The position numbers and the translations under genes are program-made. A stretch of DNA of 64,000 nucleotides from Sphagnum compactum (lineage: Eukaryota): contig OZ234494.1 of assembly GCA_965153455.1 (NCBI GenBank), positions 4,030,001 through 4,094,000 of the forward strand. Reading direction: 5' to 3'. Of this stretch, positions 1-12,921 are shown piece after piece; position 1 is the first letter of the stretch; each line of letters starts with the position of its first letter. The notes below the pieces were generated by a model. The model worked only from the letters and a program-made list of their open reading frames with translations. It searched no databases and was not told the DNA's origin.

Positions 1-173
1 ATAGGGTTTTGCTGAATAGATGAGTATGTGCAGCTACCACAGGAATTACTGCTACAAGGACTGCTGGTGCTAATTCTGTATGCTCTGTCTGTTTCGGTAG
101 TTGGGAGCTGGAGATCGTTCAACCAACAAGAATCACTAACAGCTAACAAACCTGATTTTCCCAACACTGCCAT
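1..173 (-). CDS. Probable N-terminus of a gene running off the left edge (MAVLGKSGLLAVSDSCWLNDLQLPTTETDRAYRISTSSPCSSNSCGSCTYSSIQQNP...); product unknown
   Basis: ATG at 173 opens a stop-free frame to the window edge. The upstream minus strand (to ~1430) looks like a pyrimidine-rich 5'UTR, with donor-like GTAAG sites at ~839 and ~1176. No recognisable domain. Confidence 0.4.
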   Translation of the reverse strand, partial: MAVLGKSGLLAVSDSCWLNDLQLPTTETDRAYRISTSSPCSSNSCGSCTYSSIQQNP

Positions 174-1614
174 TCTTCTGTTTCTCAATCAAATTAACTT
201 GTAAAAAGCAAGCTAAGACTCTGAAGGGTGGCAAGACTTTTGTCCATGTCTCAAGAGCATGGCGAGCACCAATTCAAGGCTGTCAGGATTTTTTTAGCAA
301 AAGACTAGTGATTGTAACCCTATAAACTCATCTGCTGAAATTGTGACAATCTGCAGCTGGCACCTCCAAGTGGAACAAGAAACTGCCCGTAAAATTCCAG
401 CAGATTCTAGGAGCACTCCAAAGGTAGAGAATATATCCTGGAGACCAGGATGTGTACTGTAGACCAATGTGTGTCAGTCAGTCTGAAATGTAGACTGCCT
501 TGGGATGCTGAAAACACTCTCTGAACACAAAAGGAGTATAACAACCAGATCTTTGGGGTGGGGGGGAGGAATTCTCCAAACAAGAGTTGTAGACTTCCTA
601 TTACGTCACAAGGTTTCTCAGATGCTCCGGAACTCCTCAAACTCCTCCAGACGCAAGACTAGGACCTCCGGCTTGTTGACCTAGAAGATTGAATCCTCCT
701 CCTCTTCCTTCTCTTCAAGAACCGCAATGAACGCGACACAATGCGAGAAGGTTATGCTTCGGAATCTGAAGAAGAAATAAAAGAAAAATCCGTTTCATTC
801 ACTACACCAAAATATCTCTGAGCTCTATCGTTTTCTTACCGAGAGAACGAGAAAATCACGAAAACCACCTGATGTAAGTTCACCAAAAAAAAAAGAGGAA
901 AGTTTCTTGTTAGTAGCGCTAAACATACAAGGCTATCAAAGCAGAATAAACAAAAACATACGGGGAACAAGGAACGCACAAGAGAACAACAACAACAACA
1001 ACAGAAGCCTCGTCAAAGTTCCAAATGAGTACAACATTCCATTGCAAGGATTCAGGAAACCACTGAAAAAAAAGTAAAAAAAGAAAACAATCAAATCCAG
1101 CTCTCTAACAAGACGCCATAAGATTCTCACCAGGAAAAGAACAAGAAGAAGCATTAAGGTCAAAAAAAAGACTTACTCGTCATCATTGGAGAGTGGGAAA
1201 ATGATAGAAGGTCTAGCAGGAAGAACGTCCTCAAAGCTTCCAAAACACATAACCACCGCAACAATCGTGGAAGCAAAAGCCCCACGAGATAGGCGACGGA
1301 GAGCTCCACGATCGGTCGAATGGGAAAGGGAAGAGAAAACCGCGAGCGAAGCAAAAAACCACGACGCAACGACCGACACTCCTACGCTGCTGTCAAATAG
1401 TAACGAAGACACAAAAACCAATAAGCAAACAGATTAGGGCTGCCTTGCTAGGCACCTACTTCTAGGTACCTATCTATATTGGACAAGATAAACATAACCC
1501 ACATTGGCTGGTACCTTGGACTGGATCAGATGGGTACCTACCTACCTACTACCTATACCTACCCCCCTTTCGTTGGGCCCTGCCCCAACAAGGACAGGGA
1601 CGAACAGTACAAAG

Positions 1615-1850
1615 GAGGAATTTTTTTTCTTTGGAAAAAATTGTGCCCAAGTCGCCATATTCTGAGGGGAAAAAAGTTCTGAAATCGCCATATTTTGACT
1701 CTAGGTCCTGTTCCTGGAAACAAAGCAGGATTCTAATTTATTTATTTTTTCCCAACTTTCCTCTCTGACTGGTTGTCAAATTTGGCTCGTTCCTCTTGTG
1801 GACGATCGCCAATTCACCTACCTCACAAAAATTTATAAAAACATTTGGTA
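1615..1850 (-). mobile_element. Partial copy of dispersed MITE-like family D
   Basis: Reverse complement resembles 23420-23590 (gtcaaaatatggcgatttcagaac-tttttt-cctcagaatatggcgactt vs gtctaaatctggcgacttctagc-tttttt-cctcaaaataaggcgatt). Confidence 0.55.
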
Positions 1851-3817
1851 AAAAAAGTTTGCTTTGATAGTACATTGGGACCTTTGGCACTAATTATATT
1901 ATTTGTAAATTTTTAGACTTTTTCACACAAAAGAAAAGCTTTTTTCAAGGGAAAAAAAATCCGAAAGAGATTAGGAATATTTTTGGAATATTCAGGAGTA
2001 TTCTATTTTCAAAATGGAAGCTTCAAATTAATCGATTATTGGTCAGACATGTGTTCAGTGTTTTTTCTTTTTTCTGGTGAAATTTCACCACTTTTTGACA
2101 AAGAAATTGCTTTTAAAAAAAAGTTCTAGCCTGAATTCAAATAATATTGCTAATTTTTTGTTAAAGAATTTTGGTCAAAATTTCGATTATCCAAAAAATC
2201 AAAAAATAGAAAAAACAAAAAAAGGCATGTGTTATGCTGGAAATTCTAGTCTTGCAGATTTGTCAAGAAGCTGATGGTGGGTGGGGTTTTTTTTGCAGGA
2301 ATTCTAGTCCCACAGCCATGAGGAAGCTGCTAATGACTGGAGATGAAAATGACAAACTCCTCCTCAAATAAATGAGAGCTCCACTTCCAATGTGTGAGAG
2401 CAGCAATGCGGTCAAAGTTGGAATCCCAAAAACAAAACAAAACAACATTTCTTCAATCATCAAATCTTTTATTGAAGTCAAACTGTCAAGAATCAAAGAA
2501 GGGTTTTGAAGTTGTTTTTTCACTTGCAGCTAGTGGGTGTACAATTAATTTTTTTTGGTGAATGAAACTTTTTTGGAGAGTGTGCAAAAGAAGTGTTCAT
2601 TGTTCCCTACCCAAACAAACTCATCTGTTGTGCTGTTTCTGTGTAATCAAGGTTGAATGAATTAAATCTCCCATGACCTGCAAAACTGTCTCAAGTTAGT
2701 GTTGTTGCTCATGAAAAACAGAGAGATTTTTCGAATTTGAAATATGGATCTCTAGAGAAGTTGATGGTGATCGGAAATGCTATGAACTGTAGTAGTACCT
2801 CTTCGCCATAAATTGTAAGAGAGATTGCTCTGAGAATATATTCCACCAGAAGCAGACAGAGGACAATGCACAAACTAGTTTAGGTAATGACATTGCTTTG
2901 CATCCACCTCACAAGATGGCTTGATTTTCCTCACTTCTAGCAGTCACACTTGCACCACCTCCTTGGTCTTCATCACCTTCAAACTCAGAGGTACTTTTAG
3001 GCATGGTCCGTGTTATTCTTCATCAAGCTTGGCTGAAGCTCTGTTAATGCTTGCAGAAACAGAGAATGTAGGATCTGAAACACTGGGGTCTTTCCACCAG
3101 CACACACTTTTCATCTTTTTGTTTTGAATATAGTTCTATTTCATCTTGACCCATTTGAAACAATGTAAGGATATAACTTTTAACACATTTTGTGAAAATA
3201 TGCCCAACAAGTTTCATATGAATTTTTTGTCAAATCTTTGATTTTGAAAAATCCACTATCAACTGACAAATATTCCTTTTACAAATTCATCTAAGTTAAT
3301 AATGCTTCATTTGACCATGGTATTAGCATTACGTCTTTAATGCTCCATTAAGATAAATTTGGATGAATTATGACAACTGCATTGCCAAGCAACGAGAACA
3401 TTATAGCTTAAGATTCACATGAAGGACAATGGAGGAAAAAAATTCTTGATGTACTTCAAAAGAATTCTTTTTGAAGTATTTGAAAATGATTGAATTGTTT
3501 TGAAAAAAAAACGAAAAATTGTGTTTGGAAAAAGATCAAACCATCGCCTTAAATAGGTTCAAAAGGAACTACATTCATTTGGTTTGTAAATTTTTAATTG
3601 GGCCATATGTTCGTTTTGAATAGAGTCAAATGGTGGGTTGGTGAATCATCTTTAGGTTTTCAGATGGTATTGGTGGTCAAAAAATCTTGTTGAATTTCAA
3701 TTTTCTAATGAAATTGTAAACCTTGGGCATGTTCTTCATTGAGCATCTTACAGATGTTTCATTCCACGTGAAAAGAGGGAGAGCATTTCCTTACACCACC
3801 TTAACCCCTGGAAACTC

Positions 3818-3896
3818 TCAAAATCTGCACTTCTGATATGAGTCAAATGTTTCTGCATGAGTGAAGAGAGCTTTATATCAGAAGTGCAGATTTTGA
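3818..3896. other. Inverted repeat with a perfect 22-bp stem and 35-nt spacer
   Basis: tcaaaatctgcacttctgatat (3818-3839) is the exact reverse complement of atatcagaagtgcagattttga (3875-3896). Confidence 0.9.
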
Positions 3897-4506
3897 ACTT
3901 GGATCGCAACAATACCATGATGGAACCACCTCATTGAACAAGAACTTGGATTGCAACAATATTTGGTAGACTACTCTCAGCCCTTGACCTGAAGTTCTGT
4001 AACTACAACCAAAACATACCAGAGACAATGCAGCATATAGCAAAGTCTACTTTCAAGATCACCAAAGGAATGGGACAAGAACACAAAGTAGCCCAAGGGC
4101 AAGAAAGTGATATGATCATATCCACATGTGATTGGTGATGGCATAAATGTACTGCTATTTTGTCTTTTGACTGACATATTTTTGGCACCCAGTACAGGAT
4201 CCAAACACTCATGTGAAACTCATGGTGTCATGTCCCTGTGCTAGAGTTGGCCCTTAAGAGTGCAACACTTACAAGAACCAGAAGTGAACCTCAATACCAC
4301 CCTCACAGGTTGGGACAAAATCAAAATTCTGAAATAATTTCTGTGATAACTGACATGTTTCAGAAACATATCATGTGAAAACTCATGGGCTTTTGATTCT
4401 GCACTAATTCTCAGACAATTCAAACTTGTCAACCAAGGACTAGTGTCAAGTTCTTTCACTTACACCTTGTTTATCTGTTTGCAAGTCTTTCAGTACATGT
4501 ACTTTT

Positions 4507-6155
4507 TTATAAATCAGGATTATTCCTCGGATATGGGAGATACTCCCGCCCTGTTGGGGTCCTCGCTCTCTGACCTCCTGCATCAACTATCACAGCCACT
4601 GCCGCCAGAGCTGCTGCCGCCCCAACCCCCACTGGTAACTTCCCAGCTGCAAATACACGAGAACACCAAGCTAATATGTCAGGATAGTATATTTATGAAA
4701 TTGCAGAGAAACCTCCATAACAACAACTTGAAGGTACCATGCAATGAGTGCAGTTGTAACCTTATGAGAGCCACTCACAAAGTGTCAGACCATCATCACT
4801 TTCATCATAAATAGCAGGCACAAAGCTTCCATGACCACCCATTGACTTCATCAGCTCCCAACAGCAGGTGTAGATAAGAATAACATACTCCACCCAAAAT
4901 TTCAGGCAAACCATTCTACAAAATTCTCGCTATCAGTTTCTGTTGCATTTCCAGAAGCAACAGGAAGACTCAGTCATGATGTTGGCTAGCCCTGGACACA
5001 CATAGTTCTTACGAAAAAGTTGGTAGTATCCTCATTCAAGCTGCAAAAAGCTTGTGAGGTAAGCTTCATTTCATTTCAGCTTGTAGTTCATGTCTGCTCA
5101 ATTCTGCTTCTTCCCATTGCATCTGACTTTCTACTGCAACTGTACAACCTGGTCACAGTTTCATACATCAGCAATCTAACCTGATTCTGGGAGTAGAATT
5201 CAGAACATGCAACCCTAATCAGCAGTTTTCTACATCAGCAATGTAACTCGATTCTGGGAGTAGAATTCAGAATGCACAACCCTAATCAGCAGTTTTGTAC
5301 ATCACGAATCTAACCCAATTCTGGGAGTACAATTCAGAATGTGCAACCTGTCACAATTTGTGTGACCTAATCAGAAAAACAATGGCACCTCTCTCCTGGT
5401 GTGTGGGATTGGATGTTTCTCCAGGTTTAGGGCCACAAGCCTTTCGTTTGCCAAAAGAAAAAAAAAAACCATGTCACAATAGAATGTGTGCAACAGAATT
5501 GCCAGAGATAGCTCTTTGAGAATGTCCCTGGATTCCCACACTTCGGATGACCTTGCAACACTAGCTGGATTGGCTCTTGAGCAAACCCTAAAGAAGAGCT
5601 TGAACCTCAGCAGAGCACTTGGAATGGAGAAGAACATGATACCCCAACATGTTGGAGCCATGGTTGATATGCGGGAATGATCATCTTTGCACAGATTCAG
5701 GTGAAGAACTTGAGCTATTGCCTTGCAAAAAAATCTGAAAAGAACGAGAAACGTTTCAGACAGGATTCAGGACTGTTTTCAGCAAGAAAGCTTGCTCACT
5801 TACCTCTGAGCCCGAACACAGAACCAGCAGCGGCGCCTCCAAGAGCGCTGTTCCAGAAGTCATCCTTGCCTCGGATCGAACCTGCAACCGACTCCGTGAA
5901 AGCGAAGATGCCGCCGATGGCCGCGAACGTCAAGCCGTAGTTCATCATAATCCTGCCCGTTTTCTTCAACGCCGGCAGCGCCACATTCCGTTCCACAGCA
6001 GGCACATCCTGCCATGCCGCCGTGATGGCGCCCAGGATCGTGCCGGCCAAGAAGCTGGAGCCCGCTGCACTTGCCGTCTTGAAGAGAAGAGTGTCATACT
6101 CTCCTAGATCCCGAATCTCGTCCCGTTCTCTCACAACATACTTCTCTCCATCCAT
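4507..6155 (-). CDS. NDUFA11: Mitochondrial complex I subunit B14.7 / OEP16-3-like (Tim17/22/23 family), 163 aa; exons 6155-5804 and 4646-4507
   Basis: Motifs WQDVPAVERNVALPAL, GLTFAAIGG, RGKDDFWNSALGG and the C-terminal DAGGQ..R..TGREYLPY match plant B14.7. A GT-AG phase-1 intron joins the exons in frame (492 nt). Confidence 0.95.
5165..5350. repeat. Intronic tandem repeat, ~66-67-bp unit, ~2.8 copies
   Basis: tacatcagcaat.taac..gattctgggagtagaattcagaa recurs at ~5165, ~5231 and ~5298. Confidence 0.9.
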
Positions 6156-6156
6156 G

Positions 6157-6157
<1 letters not shown>

Positions 6158-6194
<37 letters not shown>
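6158..6194. repeat. (CT)n/(AG)n microsatellite immediately 5' of the B14.7 ATG
   Basis: Directly visible. Confidence 0.95.
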
Positions 6195-6197
<3 letters not shown>

Positions 6198-6479
6198 TTT
6201 TTACTGTCTTCTTCGTGCTCCAAGCTTCGTCACAACAGCGAACAACTTTGTCGCTCTTCGGCACAAGGACAAAACCTTCTCTCGTCTCCTCTCAAGGTCG
6301 CCGCTCGAGAAGTCCGGGTTCTAGGGTTTGGCGGAAATCATTGTTCTCGTGCAGTCCTTCCCGTATCATGCATTGAGACTCTCCTTTGCTTTCTACTGTT
6401 GTTGGGAGATGGTTTCTCTTCTCTCACCAATTGGTGAAATGGGTTTTGCTTTGTATGATTTTTCTTTCCAGAGAAGTAG

Positions 6480-7360
6480 CGTCACTTCTTGTTGCTCTGG
6501 GTCATTAATGCACAGGGGAACAAAAAGAAGAAGATGTACAATAATGTGAGTTTGGTTTTTAGAAGTAGCATTTTCTGATGTTGCTCTGCTTGTTGATGCA
6601 CAATAATGCCATGGAAGACGATGCACCATGTGCTTTTTTTTGAGAAACTGCAGTTCTGATGCTTGCATTTCAAGGGGAAAGAAGATGCACAATCTGCTTT
6701 GTTTTTCAAAAGCCACAATTTCTGTTGCTCTGGTTATTGAGGCACAATGCCATGGAAGATGATGCACAATGTGCTTTGATTTCAGGAGCAGCATTCCTGT
6801 TGCTCTGGTTGTTGATGCACAATGGCATGGAAGATGGTGGATGCACTATGCACTTTGTTTTTCAGAAGCTACATTTATGTTGCTCTGGTTGTTGATGCAC
6901 AATGCCAGAAAGATGATGCACCATGCACTTTGTTTTTCAGAAGCTGCATTTCTGTTGCTCTGGTTGTTGATGCACAATGCCATGGAAGATGATGCACCAG
7001 TCGCTTTGTTTTCAGGAGCAGCATTCCTGTTACTCTGGTTGTTGATGCACAATGCCACGGAAGATGATGGATGCACTATGCACTTTGTTTTTCAGAAGCT
7101 GCATTTATGTTGCTCTGGTTGTTGATGCACAATGCCAGGAAGATGATGCACCATGCACTTTGTTTTTCAGAGGCTGCATTTCTGTTGCTCTGGTTGTTGA
7201 TGCACAATACCATGGAAGATGATGCACCAGTCGCTTTGTTTTCAGGAGCGGCATTTCTGTTGCTCTAGTTGTTGATGCACAATGCCATTGAAGATGGTGC
7301 ACTGCACGCTTCGTTTTTCAGAAGCCACATTTCTGTTGCTCTGGTTGTTGATGCCCAATA
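6480..7360. repeat. Tandem minisatellite, ~75-79-bp unit, ~11 copies, with a 230-bp three-unit higher-order period
   Basis: Unit gcatttctgttgctctggttgttgatgcacaatgccatggaagatgatgcaccatgcactttgtttttcagaagct. The ttcaggagc variant precedes units starting at 6791, 7021 and 7251. Confidence 0.95.
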
Positions 7361-10300
7361 ATTCGATTTTCCCTGAAAGTGAATGAAAATCACAAGAGTC
7401 ACATGTACTTGCTTAATCCAAGTGTGTGCAGCAAAAGGATTTCAATAAAGTGTTCTTGATTCTTCAAATTCTTCAAACTTTTAAGTGAAATGTTTTATGT
7501 AGAAGCTGTACCTGAAATAACCATGGTCCACAAGATTTGAATTTTTTGCAGTTGCTGTTGCTCCAGAGAGCACTCAAGAGGGAAAGTTCTCACACAATTG
7601 CCAAGTTCACAAGAAGTGGTATTGTGTGATGAACATTGAGCTTGATGATATGGTTCTGGATTTATTGCAAATGCTCATCATGTCAAATGGACAATGGTGA
7701 CCTTGTTGGTCCGTCCCTCTTGCTCCTCAAAACCTCATCATTAAAACTTCATTGAAATTGTTGATGATACGAGTGGTCATTGTCTACTGCAAGAGGTGAT
7801 CATCATGTGGCGTATCAAAGCACATGACGGCTAAAAAAACCCTGACAGATCAGTTAAGGCATCAAGCAGAAAAAAGTTGGCATCATCTCAGTTCATATTT
7901 ACAGTGCTTGCACTACACACTCTGTCTATTGTAATGGTGATGATCAAGCTGGAGGAGAGTCAGTACTCAAACATCAGGATATTCTATATCTATTTAGATG
8001 CAGCAGCCTAAAGTGTTGATGATAACACTCTCAATACAACTGTTGTGGTGATGAAAATACTTTCCACCATTGCTAACAAAGGCTTTCTGTGAAGATTGTT
8101 AACCATGAAAGAATAACCATTTATGTGTTGCTGCATAATGACCATATCTTGAAAAGAGAATTTCAGGTTTTGACTCCAAGAGTGATGCCCTGACACGCAA
8201 CCCCCCCTGGCACACAGACATGCAAAGAGAAACAGAAATTCAGTATCCAAGGTCTAGCAAAACTGCATGGACAATGCAAAAAGTTGGCTATCAATCTAGG
8301 CAGCTTCAATATTGAGGTGTTTCTAATTCACATGCAACTTACTACAAACAAGAATGAACAAAATAGGCACAATGGTAAGGGTTTTGAGTGGTGTACATTT
8401 ACAGTATTCTTAGTGCTAAATTGCATTTGTCCACACATGTCAATTTGCTTGCGAATCCAAAATAACTAACACCTGTAAAAGACATTCCATTGCAGGAGCT
8501 CAGATATTTTGTCGTAGACATCACCAACATTTGGTATTGTGAAAACAAATCTGCTGGCCAACCATTTGATAAGCCAAAACCAAAGAATATATCCACACTT
8601 CCCAAGACCAAAAGGGTACCATGGATCCAGCACATCTGAACAAGTTGCTTTGTGCCAAACTACCTCCTACCAAAAGACACCACGCATTTTTTCTCTCCAC
8701 ACTCCTGACCCCATCCTGGCCCTCCCTAACCAACCATGGGAAGCAGAGCAGACAGGGCAGGGCAGGGCAGGATCAACCTTGGGAATTTCATTCAGCACCT
8801 GGTAACACCAAAAGGAGAGTGAAGTGTACTTGTAACTAGCAATCCATTAATTTAGAAACGTATGTATTGAGCTTCACACAAAACAGGAACAAAGAAGCCA
8901 GCCTCTGGGTTTCCTGGGTGACACCTCCTGCTCTGGGCCCCAATCTGTTTCACTCTTGGCAAGCACACCAGCACCTGTCTGCAAGAATGGATATGCCCCA
9001 CAACAGATTATGGGTTGGTTGAAGGACAGTAACACACACACCCATAAAGTGGGGATGGGACCCACAACATCCTAATTGTCACCAACTCCACATAAAACTA
9101 TCCTCACCCAGGGCTGGAAACAGTGCATGACACCCCCACCACCCCCCAGATAACCTCAAGGAAACCTATGAAATTGCAAAGAAATCTCCACACCAACTAT
9201 TTGAAGGTAACATGAGAATTTATTCACATGATTGATATGAAGCTGCATGTGTTACACAGCTATTTTCAAAGCAATTTAAACAACCACTGGCAAGAAACAA
9301 ATGAAGCTGGCATAACTATTATTAAGTTCACAAATATTTCAAAGCAACCTTGACAGCCACATCTTCGATCACTTTCAGAGGGGTTAAGTAGAGAGTCTTA
9401 ATCCCGTCACATAGCAAGCTTAACATATGCATCATTGCATCAGTAACAGATACCACAAAATAAATCAGGAAACACCACTGCGGCACTAAGAGACTTATTA
9501 CTGCATCAGTAAGAGATACCATAGGATCAAACTCCAATGATGCATATATGTAGGCAACAGTTTTATGAGGAATCAACAGATTTGGGCTCCAGCAACTACC
9601 AAAAAACCCATTCTTGAAATAATATTGATGAGACTACTGATTTGTAAGAAATGTCAACAGACAGTTTGATTGCAATAAGCATAGGACTTGGGAATGAATC
9701 AGCCACTCTGCAACTAATGTTAACATAAAATTATCACAGCAAACAAAGCACACCATCTACAAACCCACTCCAAAACAACACACATTCAAGGTGTGCATAT
9801 ACACTGTACCTTTTATACAAGTTCATGTTTCAGCAAAATTTAGGGTGGAAGTTTTACCTGGAAGAGTAGGAAAAGGACAGGATGGTAGCTGTTTGCACAG
9901 AAGTAACAGCTAGAAATGACAAAGGTGATGATGCTAACACACCATGGTAACCCGCATCACATCTTCTGGATACAATTTGTCAGACATTTCAGTTCGCTCT
10001 CAAGCTGAGGATGATTTCTTCAAAGTTCTACACAGAAGAGCCGCAATAAGAAGGGGGGGGGGGGGGGGGGGGGCGGGGGGGAGAGAATCCAAAATGAAAG
10101 AAACCATCATCACACATAAAAGGAGTCCCCAACTTTTTGAGCTAAGCCTACAAAAAAATTGTCTCTTTCTTGGGGGATCAAAATACATTCCACTGGGACC
10201 AGAAGTTCCCACGCTGGAGAGAGATTGACACCACAAACATTCGGCTTGGTAACAAGCTAGTACACTATGAAACAACTTTACTGGAAACTACTGGACGGGT

Positions 10301-10714
10301 TTCATAAGGTTTTTCAGGTCAGAACTCAGCCTTTCTAAGGCCATTCTTGACAATGAACCCCAGTTGGATGTAATGCACAATAGCAAAGATTGCTTTAACC
10401 TATCACAACAAAAAGCCCTTTTTTCTTTTTTTTCCCTTAATCTCTTGAAAGCTTCCAGGGGTACTATAAAGCCACACACAAGAAGCCCTTATAGGCTTGG
10501 ATGTGGATAGTATCCATCTATCTACCCTCTCAAGAACACTACACCCGAGCGCACATTGAAAAAACACGAAATTAAGTAGAGCTCTCTAACCCTATCCTTG
10601 AGCTAGGGTTTTTCCCCCTCATCCAAGAACACCTTGGCCACACCTCAGCATCTCTTCAATGAATGGGAAAAAACAAAGAAAGAAGAAAAAAAAGAAGCAG
10701 CGCTTTCCATTTCT

Positions 10715-11350
10715 CTAGGCACTGGCTGCTGGGGTACAATCCCTTGCCAGATGCCCAGACTCTCCACAGTTGTAGCAGTTGCGTGCACCACCACCACCAC
10801 CACCTCCGCCACTGCTCTGTCTTGCATTAGCCGTTGACTCGTTAGGGCAATCTCTGGCAATGTGGCCTCCTTCACCACAGTTGTAGCATGACCGGTCGCC
10901 TCCTGCTCCGCCGCCACCACCGAAGTTCCCGCCACCTCCTCGAGGTCCACGACCTCTACCTCTACCACCAACAGGTCCGCCACCTCCATATCCACCAGGA
11001 GCTCCCCCGAGGCCGCCACTACCACCGCCTCCTCCTCCTCTTCCGCCACCATAGCCGTCACGGCGGTAGGAAGCGCCTTGCACAAAAGTGCCGGCGGGTC
11101 CAGAAACATCCAACGCCTTGGTACGTCCATCGTCACTGGACTCCACAGAGTACTCCACGGATTCGCCTTCTCTCAAAGACCGAAAGCCCTCGGCGTGAAT
11201 GGAGGTTTGATGGACGAAGAGATCTTCACCGCCATCGTCGGGTGTAATGAACCCGAAACCCTTGCTACTATTGAACCATTTCACCTTCCCTGTCTTTTTG
11301 TTGCCAACAGCAGCAACAACAGCAGCAGCAGCAACTCCATCTTCCGCCAT
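10715..11350 (-). CDS. CSP: Cold-shock domain protein with Gly-rich linker and two CCHC zinc knuckles (Lin28-like plant CSP), 211 aa, intronless CDS
   Basis: [31 protein letters not shown] (CSD RNP motifs), [14 protein letters not shown] and [14 protein letters not shown]. The first ATG (MAEDG) is at 11350. Confidence 0.97.
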   Translation of the reverse strand: MAEDGVAAAAVVAAVGNKKTGKVKWFNSSKGFGFITPDDGGEDLFVHQTSIHAEGFRSLREGESVEYSVESSDDGRTKALDVSGPAGTFVQGASYRRDGYGGGRGGGGGGSGGLGGAPGGYGGGGPVGGRGRGRGPRGGGGNFGGGGGAGGDRSCYNCGEGGHIARDCPNESTANARQSSGGGGGGGGARNCYNCGESGHLARDCTPAASA

Positions 11351-12019
11351 GGCCGCAAACAAACACCAAACACCAAAACCTCCACGTAAACTTTTTTTTA
11401 AACCAAACTTCAAAAACACACAACCACACAGCCAAAACCCAACTCCTCACTTCCAATTCCTGTCGATCTCTTCTCCCTAGAACTCTCCCCCCACCCAAAA
11501 GAATGAAACAAAATTGGGGGTTCAGAATTCGGAGCGACGGAGGAGTTGGGGTTCCGCAGCCACGAAGAGCGAGGGAAGGAGCCAGCAAGCAAGCAAGCAA
11601 AGCGCTGCTTCGTCTCGCACGCTGCTGCGCTACCTAGTGGATGGCGCGACCAATAGGATGGCGAGAAGCTGACAATCGGACGGCGTACAACAGGCTACGG
11701 CAACAAACAGCGAGCTATGGGGCAACGGTCCACGATGCTCCCTGCTGGATTGATCGGACGGGTGTGGACATGAGGCGTTTTAGGGTTCGGACTTTTTATT
11801 ATTACTATTTTTGTGTCGTCAGCGACGCGTGCGGACAACACCTGGTAAATTTTGTTAGAAAGTGTAATTTTATTTTTTAACCTATGTAAAAGTAAGTTAC
11901 TTCGTTGTTGGCCGTACTAGGTATGACGGCGCCTGGTTTTAACCCTAAATAATAATCGGCGCAGCGTTTTGTTTGCCCTTAACCCTAGCTAGGCTTTAGT
12001 TACCGGCCTAGGTTTAAAC

Positions 12020-12202
12020 AAGGGGGTGTGTCACCCTGTGGCCTTGCCGTTTACATGAAAAAGGTATCTTAAGGCAAAAGAAGAATTATGAAAACTCAAA
12101 TATTTCACCATGCAAAAATATAATCTTCAAAAAAATCCTCTACAAGAAACCAAAATCCTTCAAGATATTATAACTCTGGAGCTAATCTCAAGTTTCAACA
12201 CA
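12020..12202 (-). mobile_element. Family A (HINE/DINE-1-like non-autonomous rolling-circle element), truncated copy
   Basis: aagggggtgtgtcaccctgtggccttgccg...aatctcaagtttcaacacaa matches four other copies in the window. Confidence 0.8.
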
Positions 12203-12921
12203 AAAAAGGGCATACGAACTCGTAGATCAACCAACTCCAATGCTGCTCCGTATGACGACTGTGCTCAGCAAAATGGTTTTGGCCCAGCATTTTTGCTAAA
12301 GTTTGCTCAGCGCAGTAAAAGAAGGCCCAGCAAAGGCTAACACCTGCCAGATAAGAGTGTAATAAATATGATCTGACTGACTCACTGCTGGTCCCTCCCT
12401 GCTTTTGATTGCTCATTCATAATGATTGTTGGCCCACATCGTTTGCTATTACCTTAGTACCTAGTCTTCTACCAATTTGCAATCCCTGTTTTTAGTTCTA
12501 TTCCTCGGTTTGGAAAGGAAAAAAAAAGTAAATAACCAAACTTGGATGTGAGAAATATTTTTGCAAGGTCGCATACTGATGGAGGTAAAATTGCACACTA
12601 TAACCACAACCTCCAAATACATATTTTTTAAAAACCAGACCAGGTTTTTCTCTAAAAGATAAAGAGAAACAATTGGGTGGGTGAGTGAGGAGGGGAGAAA
12701 GATTTTACCTTCAGATTTTTACCTTATTGCATGTAATCTTCCTCAAGTAGGTACCTTCCAAGAGAGGTTATGTGTAAATTGTCCTTGTCTGTAAACAACC
12801 TACACTACACTATTGAACCCAACCTTCAATTCCAAAACAGAAAGTTCTCCACTGTGGGTATTATGGGTGGAATCTCCCTAAACCTTATTCATTCAACCTA
12901 CCTTTGATTCCCCACCTCCTA

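Noticed and set aside
5600-5690. Intronic C/D snoRNA in B14.7
   Set aside because: The C box is imperfect and no guide sequence is recognisable.
6480-7360. CRISPR-like array or repeat-protein ORFs
   Set aside because: Units are contiguous with no unique spacers, no cas genes are present, and the ORFs are short by-products of the repeat in several frames.
7550-7830. Exon-like fragments downstream of the minisatellite
   Set aside because: No continuous frame or recognisable homology.
9924-10008. Box C (GTGATGA) ... box D (CTGA) snoRNA on the + strand
   Set aside because: No terminal stem, no rRNA/snRNA antisense element that I recognise, and it is antisense to the neighbouring gene.
10645-11600. 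Overlapping or antisense ORFs of 100-163 aa around CSP, including the 23-aa N-terminal extension to 11419
   Set aside because: These are shadow frames of GC-rich triplet repeats, and the extension starts at a non-ATG codon.
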